DNA from: a virus
Taxonomy: Duplodnaviria; Caudoviricetes
Length of the DNA stretch: 64,000 nucleotides
Reading direction: 5' to 3' (one strand)
Virus record (IMG/VR): IMGVR_UViG_3300046167_000447
Location: 1,575 to 65,574 of that record
Below, piece after piece: positions 56,355 to 64,000 of the stretch (its first letter is position 1; each line of letters starts with the position of its first letter). The translations under genes and the position numbers were made by a program. The notes beneath the pieces were generated by a model. The model did no database searches and was not told where the DNA came from. It worked only from the letters and a program-made list of their open reading frames with translations.

Positions 56355-58660
56355 TAGTATATTGAGTAGAAGTCGTTAATATTCGTTTCTATTCCACTTA
56401 TATTAGAGCCTTGATTCGAATCATAAATTATAAATTCAGAAATCTTACCGCTATATAAAAAGCTTGAATTTCCGAATATTTGCCGAACACTCAATGCCGT
56501 TGTGTTTGAGGTAAAAGGTGAGTTATTCATTTCGCTTCCATTCCTTCTTAGCGTTAAAGATGTACCATTTCTTGAACCATTAAATAAAGAAAATTCATTT
56601 TCATCACCGACATCAGTTCCTATGTAATTATCACCGCCGTAATTGTATCTATAATTACCATCAATTTTAATATATCCACCTATTTTTGCTACAAATCCTG
56701 CGCCCTCGTTTATATGAATAATACTAAAATCATTTGCAGATATGGAAAGTCCTGTGAGTACACCATTGCCTCCTTGTATTGATGGCTTTCCACCTAATGT
56801 TATGGTAGTGCCACTACTCACGATTTGATTTTGACTAGATGCGTTTGTTTGCGTTGCATTACTGCCATTCCCACTTTGGTCATACCATACGGTTACAAAT
56901 CCATCCGTACCGATACAAAAAGTCTCAAGGCTTGAAGTGTCAAGCTCGTTATCTACAAAACCAATATCTTGCTCCGTATTGTCGGAAGCTCTACGCACCT
57001 TAATAGCATTACCGCTATAGGAAGAGTCTAATAATCGTAAAGAGTAAGCTGCTGTTGCACCGCTATAGTCGTCAAGTAATCCTGTGAACAAACCTGCCAC
57101 TTGAGTGGTCGCTACACTGCTTGCTGTATCACCACCTATAACATTGGTTTCTGTCTGTACAACCCGTAAATATTTATCCTCATCTGAAGATAGCGCGGTG
57201 TATGTAGAAGATGTAGCTCCGCTGATAGTAGACCAACCTGATACACCATCGTTACTAACCTCCCATTGTAATGTAGATGTTGGCGTTGGAGTACCCGAAA
57301 CGCTTGCTGATGTAGCTGTAAGAACCTCATCGACCTTAGCCGTTCCACTTATCGTAGGCACACCGCTAATAACAGGAACAGTACCTGCAATATTTGTTAT
57401 ATCGTTGGAATCCTGATTAAGACTTCCTAAAGAATTTGTAGCAGTAACTACACAATCTATGTCTGTAGTGTAATCAGAGGCAGTTAATGTATAAGTGCTT
57501 GATGTTGCTCCGTTAATATCAATTCCGTCTCTACGCCATTGATAAGAAAACACTATGGTAGACACTCCCTGCCAAGTTCCGTCTGTTGTAGACAACACTT
57601 GGTCTACTTGAGCTGAACCACTTGCAAAAGGCAGTGCTAGATTAAACGGTAATCCTAAGACTACGCTTGTAGATGTCGAAGAAGCTGTATCAGTCCCTTG
57701 CCCGTTTGTTGATGTTTGTACAACCCTTAGGTACTTATTCTCGTCTGAAGATACTATTGTGTGTGTCGTAGATGTTTCTCCTGAGATGTCAGACCAACCG
57801 CTTATCCCGTCGTTGCTCACTTGCCACTGCAAAGAGTTTACAGGAGCAGGGTCTCCGCTTACTGAGGCTAATGTAGCTGTAACAACTTCTCCAAGTTCAA
57901 TTACTCCACTTATCGTAGGCACACCGCTAATAACAGGTGTAATGCCCGCAATGTTTTCTACGGTATTAGACTCAGCGTCAACATTTCCTAGAGAGTTTGA
58001 TGCTGTAACTACACAGTCTATATCAGTATCGTAATCAATAGTAACTAAGGTGTATGTGCTTGAATTAGCACCACTTATGTCGATACCATCTCTACGCCAT
58101 TGGTAAGCGAATGTAATAGTAGGTACACCTACCCAAGTTCCATCCGTTGTGGATAGCGTTTGTCCTAATTCAGCAGTGCCACTTACCGCAGGTGATGTTG
58201 AGTTGAACGGCAATCCTAACGGTACGCTTGAAGACACTGAAGAAGCTGTATCGCTTCCTTGGTTGTTTGTAGCTGTCTGAACAACTCGTAAGTAATTTCC
58301 TGTATCAGAAGGCTGAACAACGTAAGACGAAGAGGTAGCTCCGCTAATCGAAGTCCACCCTGTCGAGCCGTCAGCACTGCTTTCCCACTGCCATGAAACA
58401 GTTGGAGTAGGGACGCCTGTAATCGTATCAGATGTTGCTATTAATGTTTGTCCTTCGTTCGGTACACCTAAAACTACAGGTATTCCTTCTATAACAGGAG
58501 GAGCAGAAGCTCCGTTAGCGTTTTCCATTATTATACAGCTCGTTCCATCCTCTTGAAGAATAGCATCACCATTTTCATCAAGAAGACAAGCGTTGTCAAA
58601 CAAGTTGCTGCTCGCCTGACTAACGATAAACTGTAAACCGAATATATTACCTAAAGGCAT
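56354..58660 (-). CDS. Virion protein with five Ig-like repeats and a ConA-like C-terminal domain
   Basis: Repeated P.ISG....G..L, YQW.R and ISGATSSTY; AAYSLR...WYDQSGNG. Confidence 0.78.
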   Translation of the reverse strand: MPLGNIFGLQFIVSQASSNLFDNACLLDENGDAILQEDGTSCIIMENANGASAPPVIEGIPVVLGVPNEGQTLIATSDTITGVPTPTVSWQWESSADGSTGWTSISGATSSSYVVQPSDTGNYLRVVQTATNNQGSDTASSVSSSVPLGLPFNSTSPAVSGTAELGQTLSTTDGTWVGVPTITFAYQWRRDGIDISGANSSTYTLVTIDYDTDIDCVVTASNSLGNVDAESNTVENIAGITPVISGVPTISGVIELGEVVTATLASVSGDPAPVNSLQWQVSNDGISGWSDISGETSTTHTIVSSDENKYLRVVQTSTNGQGTDTASSTSTSVVLGLPFNLALPFASGSAQVDQVLSTTDGTWQGVSTIVFSYQWRRDGIDINGATSSTYTLTASDYTTDIDCVVTATNSLGSLNQDSNDITNIAGTVPVISGVPTISGTAKVDEVLTATSASVSGTPTPTSTLQWEVSNDGVSGWSTISGATSSTYTALSSDEDKYLRVVQTETNVIGGDTASSVATTQVAGLFTGLLDDYSGATAAYSLRLLDSSYSGNAIKVRRASDNTEQDIGFVDNELDTSSLETFCIGTDGFVTVWYDQSGNGSNATQTNASSQNQIVSSGTTITLGGKPSIQGGNGVLTGLSISANDFSIIHINEGAGFVAKIGGYIKIDGNYRYNYGGDNYIGTDVGDENEFSLFNGSRNGTSLTLRRNGSEMNNSPFTSNTTALSVRQIFGNSSFLYSGKISEFIIYDSNQGSNISGIETNINDFYSIY

Positions 58661-58923
58661 TACTTAATGTATGCTATAAGTTCACCCGTCCCAACTGAGA
58701 CTGCGGTAATGTTACCGTAGATAATCATTCCTTGCTGAAGGTCTCTACCGTTAAGGTCGTCACCGTTAGCTGTAGTTAATACTGTGTTCGTAGTGTTAGC
58801 TATGCAATAAACAGCTACATACTCTTCACCCGCAGGTTGAACAAATGTATTGTCTACTACACGGAATCCGTCTTGAGCAAAAGTCTGTCTACGGTATTCT
58901 GTTGGGTTTGTTAAATTAGCCAT
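58660..58923 (-). CDS. Small virion protein
   Basis: IYGNITAVSV..G..IAY C-terminus. Confidence 0.65.
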   Translation of the reverse strand: MANLTNPTEYRRQTFAQDGFRVVDNTFVQPAGEEYVAVYCIANTTNTVLTTANGDDLNGRDLQQGMIIYGNITAVSVGTGELIAYIK

Positions 58924-58946
58924 ATCTTTTTTTTAATCTTGTGAAT

Positions 58947-58957
58947 TGCAAATATAC
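58947..58957 (-). promoter_or_regulatory. -7 promoter element
   Basis: GTATATTTGCA on - strand. Confidence 0.65.
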
Positions 58958-58964
58958 AAAAAAA

Positions 58965-61088
58965 TTAAGCATTAGGTTTGTACCTTCTAAAGAATTCTTT
59001 TTTAGAGAAGTCTGTTCTTTTTACCTCTTTGTGCGGTGTCTGAGCACCGAGTAAGCACAACCCTGAGCTAATAGTTAAATCGTATTTAGTACGCTTATCT
59101 ATCCTAAACCCAATCCAATCTTCTAGGGTTCTGTTGAAATACATCTTACCCACCTTTCCTGTTTCGGGGTCTTCCCCAACATGGTTGTGTATGTATGCCT
59201 CTATAGACTGAGCGTGTGCTTGCAGTATATCAGCTCCATTAGAAGGTATTCCTTTTGTTTTAGTTTTACTAGCAGCTCCGCCTAAATGTTTAGGTCTGTC
59301 CATCAAATACTCCAAGTACCCTCTTTGTTCAAAATACCTAGCTATACCGTACTTGTTGTTTTCTATAAGAACAGGATACCCAAAGAATACAGCAGCCATC
59401 AATACATCCTCGTAGAATATCTTAGCTAACGGAGGACGACTAGCGTACTCTGCGACAAAGACATTAGAAGGATAGCTCATGTTAAACTTGTTATAGAAGT
59501 GACAAGCTCCTTTAGAGCCTCTTCCGTCTACAGTACCATCTAAGTCATAACTATCGACACCCCCTATACCGATGTGGGGATTTGCAGCCATCCAATGACC
59601 GTTCCTGTGTCTAGTCTTCTTGTTTCTAGACTCTTCGGGCGGCATCCATGATAAACGCCACCTACCCTCGGGGTTGGGTTCGAAAACAACCTCTGAATCC
59701 GTCTCTCCATTTTTCCAATGGAAGTTCCCTACAATTACAGGGTCAGGGTACATCATTTCGTTTGCCTGTATTTGCTCGTATATCTTACCGATGTTAAATA
59801 TAGAAGAGTCAACAGAATCTCTAAACGCTTCATCAGGAGAAAACGGAAACTGACGTATAACCTCGTTCAGCTCGTTAGCATCTCCTTTGAGTGCGTCTCT
59901 TTCGTTCAGCAGGTACGTACGAGCACCTATGCTCACGTAATCTCCGTCAATAGTCTGCACGGGCTCTTCAGGGTCTTCTATGATTGGATTCCCATAAACG
60001 TCAAAGAACCCCTCTAGGGCTTCGTAAGCAGGTATGAATATCCTATATAGCATAGAGCGAGTTCTGCCGTTAGCGTTACGCTCTGAAGGGTCTGAGTCAG
60101 CCCACAGGTCTTTGTACTGTTGACCACCTTTGTCCATGGGGTTTACAGTAGACCCAACAAGTGCAGTACCCACAATTTTCCTACCCACAATAAGACAAGT
60201 CCTGTTAATACGCCAAGCCTCTCTAATGTCTGCGGGTTTCTCCCACTTTCCTGCTTCATCTAAGAATAAGTAGTATAGACGCTCACCATCGTATGCGTTG
60301 TTCACAGTGTTGCGCCAATTAATAGTAGTGTTCAGTGCCTCACCTGCAACAGCAGACTTATTAGTCTTTGTGATACGTTTAGCAGGTTCACGGAAAGCTA
60401 ACTCCATACGTGGGTTTGTAGTACCGTCCTGTATTGGCTTAAAGAAGAACGGGAAGTGCCTATACATAGACACAACCTTCTTCATGAATATATTGTCCTG
60501 AGCGTCCTTACCTGTCTTGGACATGATTCCTAAAACCTTATCCTTAACAACTGTGCCCTTGGCTAATAACTTACCTACAGCTATGTTTGTATATCCCGAA
60601 CGTCTACACTTAACGAAGTTCTGCCCTACAGCTCTAGGGTCTACCTCACAAGCCTCTGCGTGAATCTGTAACTTTCTTTGGAACGCTAGGTAATACCCAT
60701 AGAACGAACCATCTATCTTAGTCCACTGCAACAGCATATAATGGTCTCCTGTGATGTATGTAGGCACACCATTGTTATAAAACCAAAGACCTTCCACCCT
60801 GCGACGGAACTCTTCCTTAATGTAGTCCGTGTGCTTCTTTCTAAACTCCTTAGGCATATCCATCCAATCGTCCATGCTCTTGAGTTTAAACAAGTCGCTG
60901 CTTGGCTCGGCTCTTACCCAACGCTGTTCGCTTTTGGGCAGGTCGTGATAAAGTATATCCTCGTGTTTAGGCTGCTTAGGTAGCTGTATATTTAGCCCAT
61001 CTATTTCTATTACCTTTCCTTTCGTGTCATTAGGACAGATATTTACGACCTCCTCGTCATACCCTATTATCTTTACTAGCCCTGCCAT
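58965..61088 (-). CDS. terL: Terminase large subunit
   Basis: KCRRSGYT Walker A, FLDEAGK Walker B, GVDSYD nuclease motif. Confidence 0.92.
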   Translation of the reverse strand: MAGLVKIIGYDEEVVNICPNDTKGKVIEIDGLNIQLPKQPKHEDILYHDLPKSEQRWVRAEPSSDLFKLKSMDDWMDMPKEFRKKHTDYIKEEFRRRVEGLWFYNNGVPTYITGDHYMLLQWTKIDGSFYGYYLAFQRKLQIHAEACEVDPRAVGQNFVKCRRSGYTNIAVGKLLAKGTVVKDKVLGIMSKTGKDAQDNIFMKKVVSMYRHFPFFFKPIQDGTTNPRMELAFREPAKRITKTNKSAVAGEALNTTINWRNTVNNAYDGERLYYLFLDEAGKWEKPADIREAWRINRTCLIVGRKIVGTALVGSTVNPMDKGGQQYKDLWADSDPSERNANGRTRSMLYRIFIPAYEALEGFFDVYGNPIIEDPEEPVQTIDGDYVSIGARTYLLNERDALKGDANELNEVIRQFPFSPDEAFRDSVDSSIFNIGKIYEQIQANEMMYPDPVIVGNFHWKNGETDSEVVFEPNPEGRWRLSWMPPEESRNKKTRHRNGHWMAANPHIGIGGVDSYDLDGTVDGRGSKGACHFYNKFNMSYPSNVFVAEYASRPPLAKIFYEDVLMAAVFFGYPVLIENNKYGIARYFEQRGYLEYLMDRPKHLGGAASKTKTKGIPSNGADILQAHAQSIEAYIHNHVGEDPETGKVGKMYFNRTLEDWIGFRIDKRTKYDLTISSGLCLLGAQTPHKEVKRTDFSKKEFFRRYKPNA

Positions 61089-61090
61089 AT

Positions 61091-61381
61091 CTACTTTTTA
61101 CTAAATTTTTCGGCAAACCCCGCACCAAAGTCAGCTTCATCTTCGATTTCGCCTCCTTCGGATAAGCTCTTAATTGTCTCGTCTAACTCCTGTAGAGTTC
61201 TGAGCATCTCCCTAGCATCAGTTGTAGCTAACGCTATAGACTGTAGTTCTGCCTTTCTAGCAGAGCCACTTAGCTCATTATCAACGGGTTTGCGTATCTC
61301 GCCTATTAAGTTATCAATAGCAAGAGCCACGCTATGGCGCAGCTCTACAGCATAATCATAAGTTGATTTAACCTTTGACAT
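61091..61381 (-). CDS. Putative terminase small subunit
   Basis: Helical protein immediately upstream of terL; GFAE tail. Confidence 0.5.
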   Translation of the reverse strand: MSKVKSTYDYAVELRHSVALAIDNLIGEIRKPVDNELSGSARKAELQSIALATTDAREMLRTLQELDETIKSLSEGGEIEDEADFGAGFAEKFSKK

Positions 61382-61979
61382 AATAAATATCGTTTATCGA
61401 CATTCTAAATACGTCACCATGTGGTTCGGGCAGTCTAATGCGATAGTCTGCGTTTTCCCTAAACCCTACAGTGTCTCCTACTTCAATGTCGGTTATTGAT
61501 TGATTTTTCGCCTTTACCACACCTTCGGTGTTGGTTGTATCGGGCTGCACTAGCCCTAAAAACAGTCCTGATTCCGATTTCTCTTCTTCAATCTTTTCTT
61601 CGGGTGCTTCTAAGAATACCCAATTAGTTAGGGTAATTATCTCACCACTAGGCTTAATCACCCCAAAAGCATGACAGCTTCTCTCATTCGGGTCGTACGT
61701 CACCATGTAATGGTCGTCTCCAATTCCATACTTGTGCGTCTCCTGACACACATGGTGGTGAAATATCAATGTATCACCAACTCTAGCGGGTGTATCGTAC
61801 TTCTCAGGGACAGCAGTTATCTCCCCGTAAGAGATACGTCCCTTGAAGTCATCAAATCTAGTATCCTTGTAAAGCTCAACTCCATTCAGATTAATAGTGT
61901 CTTCGTACAGTTTAGGAACTTTAACGATAAATTCAAATAAAGGTCTCATACTACTCGAATCTACAGTCAAATTCAACAA
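61368..61979 (-). CDS. GroES-like co-chaperonin (tandem domain)
   Basis: VGDTLIFHH, KSESGLFLG and VGDTVGF motifs; true start probably MRPLF near 61949. Confidence 0.7.
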   Translation of the reverse strand: MLNLTVDSSSMRPLFEFIVKVPKLYEDTINLNGVELYKDTRFDDFKGRISYGEITAVPEKYDTPARVGDTLIFHHHVCQETHKYGIGDDHYMVTYDPNERSCHAFGVIKPSGEIITLTNWVFLEAPEEKIEEEKSESGLFLGLVQPDTTNTEGVVKAKNQSITDIEVGDTVGFRENADYRIRLPEPHGDVFRMSINDIYYVKG

Positions 61980-62202
61980 TACAAGGCATATTTACTACCC
62001 ATTTCCATAGGATAGTTCCTTCTCCTTCGACATCTATGTATATCAGAAAGCGTTCCTTGCCGTGCTTGTAGAGGTACGGCTCGTCAAACATGATTGCTGT
62101 TACCTGTCCTCCCCCTGCTCTCATTCCTAGGTAGTACGCCATTGCGTTCTTTGGGTCTTCACCTATAATGATTTTTCTTATTATATTTGAATTAGTTGAC
62201 AT
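61951..62202 (-). CDS. Conserved hypothetical protein
   Basis: IRKIIIG.DPK.AMAY...LWK....MP..VE. Confidence 0.75.
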   Translation of the reverse strand: MSTNSNIIRKIIIGEDPKNAMAYYLGMRAGGGQVTAIMFDEPYLYKHGKERFLIYIDVEGEGTILWKWVVNMPCIVEFDCRFE

Positions 62203-62563
62203 CGTTATCTCCTTTTTTATTTAAGTAATCCATCCACTCATCAACACCCCAATCCTCTGTATCTTCTAGAGATTTAGGCATGACTTCCTTTGCTTCCTCC
62301 ATTACGTCGTCGTTCATAATGGTGTATAACTGCTCCGCAGCGTCAAGTAGTTCGTCTAGCTCCTCGCTATCTGCAACCACAAAATCTGCTGTAGCGGCTA
62401 GCTTGGTAGCACCCTCGTCTGTTACGGTGTATAAACCCCCGATAAAAGTCATAGCAAAAGCGTCCTCAACGCCATATTGCTTGACGATACCCTTAATGCC
62501 GTCTAATTTGTCTTTAATTTCTTGGAAGAATTCTATTTTTTCCTCCTGAGATAGTTGTTTCAT
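62192..62563 (-). CDS. Hypothetical acidic protein
   Basis: 123 aa ORF. Confidence 0.7.
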   Translation of the reverse strand: MKQLSQEEKIEFFQEIKDKLDGIKGIVKQYGVEDAFAMTFIGGLYTVTDEGATKLAATADFVVADSEELDELLDAAEQLYTIMNDDVMEEAKEVMPKSLEDTEDWGVDEWMDYLNKKGDNDVN

Positions 62564-62597
62564 TGTAATTTAATTTGTATATACGCATAAAATAACG

Positions 62598-62613
62598 TAT
62601 ATTTGCAAATATA
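62598..62613. promoter_or_regulatory. Palindromic back-to-back -7 elements
   Basis: Perfect palindrome TATATTTGCAAATATA between divergent genes. Confidence 0.65.
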
Positions 62614-62642
62614 ACAATTTAATATCAATTAATTTATCCACA

Positions 62643-63077
62643 ATGCCTAAGTCTAGGACACATAAGAAGAAGAAAAACAGGGATTTCCTGATGCTTAACG
62701 ACAAATACGTCAAAAGCAACTACATAAAATGGTTGGATTTAGCTGTTAAACACATAACAAAAGTAACAGACTTAACACAAGCTGAATTATACTTCTTGCT
62801 CTTCGCTTACGATTACGAATGGTTCACCAAATCCAAGATTGCGGAGGACTACGGACGCTCAGAAAAGAAACTTTACGAGAACATCCTGTTGCCTTTGCGT
62901 AAGAAGGGGTATTTAGAGAACTACTACAACCACGGAAAGACTAGCGCAGACATAGAACAGAGTCTAGGTATCACCCATACGCCCGATAAAATTGGAATGG
63001 CGCACAAGGGTCGTCACGCAGTGCAGCGTTTTTACAGAATGATAGATGGTTCAGAGGACATAGAGTACCACAACTAG
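62643..63077 (+). CDS. Winged-helix (MarR-like) DNA-binding protein
   Basis: LTQAELYFLLF, L.KKGY and KGR..V.RFY pattern. Confidence 0.6.
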   Translation: MPKSRTHKKKKNRDFLMLNDKYVKSNYIKWLDLAVKHITKVTDLTQAELYFLLFAYDYEWFTKSKIAEDYGRSEKKLYENILLPLRKKGYLENYYNHGKTSADIEQSLGITHTPDKIGMAHKGRHAVQRFYRMIDGSEDIEYHN

Positions 63078-63750
63078 CGTTTAGACTTACTTAACTGCCG
63101 CATTATGGTTCTAAGCGCAGAATCTGTACTCTTTTTTGTAGTTTTAGGTGGTTTACCGCCAAGTATACGAATAACAAAAGAAACAAAAGACAGCCCTAAA
63201 CACAGAGCCGTGTACTTTAGTACGAATCTTAGGTATTTCTTTAAGTTTTTGTAATATCCCATTGCGGTGAAATTAGTTGCAGAATTGCCCTGCAAAGATA
63301 CGGCACAAAAGATAAACATTTACCCATAATCCCTTTATTTACAGTGTGTCCACGGTACACATACCCCTAAAACAAACACAAAGAACAGCCTAAAATATTG
63401 TTATATCCTTGTTTAATACCAACAAATGTGTTAAATTCTTAACAAATAGGGGAATACCATTGACAATGTCGAAAATAATCACTACCTTTGCAGCAACCCT
63501 AATATTAAAAGACGACAGATTCAGGAGTCTTTTCAACTAAACACGACGGGTTTTCCAACAGACAAACCTCGCTCGTAACACATCTCTTCACAATTAGCCC
63601 ATATTATACCCTTACGTGCGCACCTCGTTAGAACAGATTCTACCTCGTTACGCAGACAAGTATAATTCCCCCTCTGTGGGCTTATCTTTTTCACAGGTAT
63701 ACAACTCCCCCTTAAAAATGAAAAAAGCCCCCTGATGTAAAATTTAGAGG

Positions 63751-63804
63751 GTTATAAGGAATGTTTGGATGGTTATAAGGAATATTTGGAGTGTTATAAG
63801 GAAT
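63751..63804. repeat. 21-nt-period tandem repeat with GTTATAAGGAAT core
   Basis: Cores at 63751, 63772 and 63793; another near-copy at 63982. Confidence 0.8.
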
Positions 63805-64000
63805 GTGGGGATTATACATACATACAGACGAATCGCAAGCAAAACCGAAACGCATCCCGAAACCCATGCCCCGTGACCGAAGGGAACGGCCCCAAAACCT
63901 TTTAGCTTTTTGTTCAGCCATTAGACTGACAGACTCAATCCATAGGAGTGTTTTGTTGGAGGGTAGGAGGATTAGAGGAGGGTTATAAGGAACGAGGGGA

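Noticed and set aside
21984-62549. Numerous short + strand ORFs inside virion genes
   Set aside because: Shadow frames of long minus-strand genes
63712-63988. ORFs 63712-63921 and 63803-63988
   Set aside because: Arise from tandem repeats in a probable non-coding terminal region
1-64000. Stop-codon reassignment, diversity-generating retroelement or lysogeny module
   Set aside because: Genes read through in the standard code; no reverse transcriptase, integrase or clear repressor switch was recognised

Overview
The window holds most or all of a lytic podovirus-type phage genome of a Bacteroidota (probably Flavobacteriaceae) host, broadly resembling marine phi38:1/crAss-related phages; the host and family assignment is inferred from gene content and TAnnTTTG promoters. 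Positions 1-21200 (+) carry early and replication genes: a MoxR-type AAA ATPase with a VWA-like partner, ERF recombinase, exonuclease, SSB, sigma-like factor, dATP/dGTP diphosphohydrolase-like protein, primase-helicase, nucleases and a phosphoesterase. No DNA polymerase or integrase was recognised. Positions 21220-62563 (mostly -) carry virion genes: holin, giant internal protein, tail proteins, major capsid, scaffold, portal, terminase and a GroES-like protein, with a + strand amidase island. The most notable signals are non-coding. (1) A composite RNA module is repeated before six early genes: a tRNA-like or branched domain followed by a covarying ACCAC-loop hairpin 15-16 nt before the ATG, downstream of a roughly 400-nt structured leader. 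(2) Two structure-conserved bulged palindromes lie 34.7 kb apart. (3) Small-gene cassettes are delimited by TTTAA(A/C)ACCAAAGAGAGATG, and one carries an attC-like relic. Several genes have single-base frameshifts that are probably sequencing errors. All structures were folded by eye.
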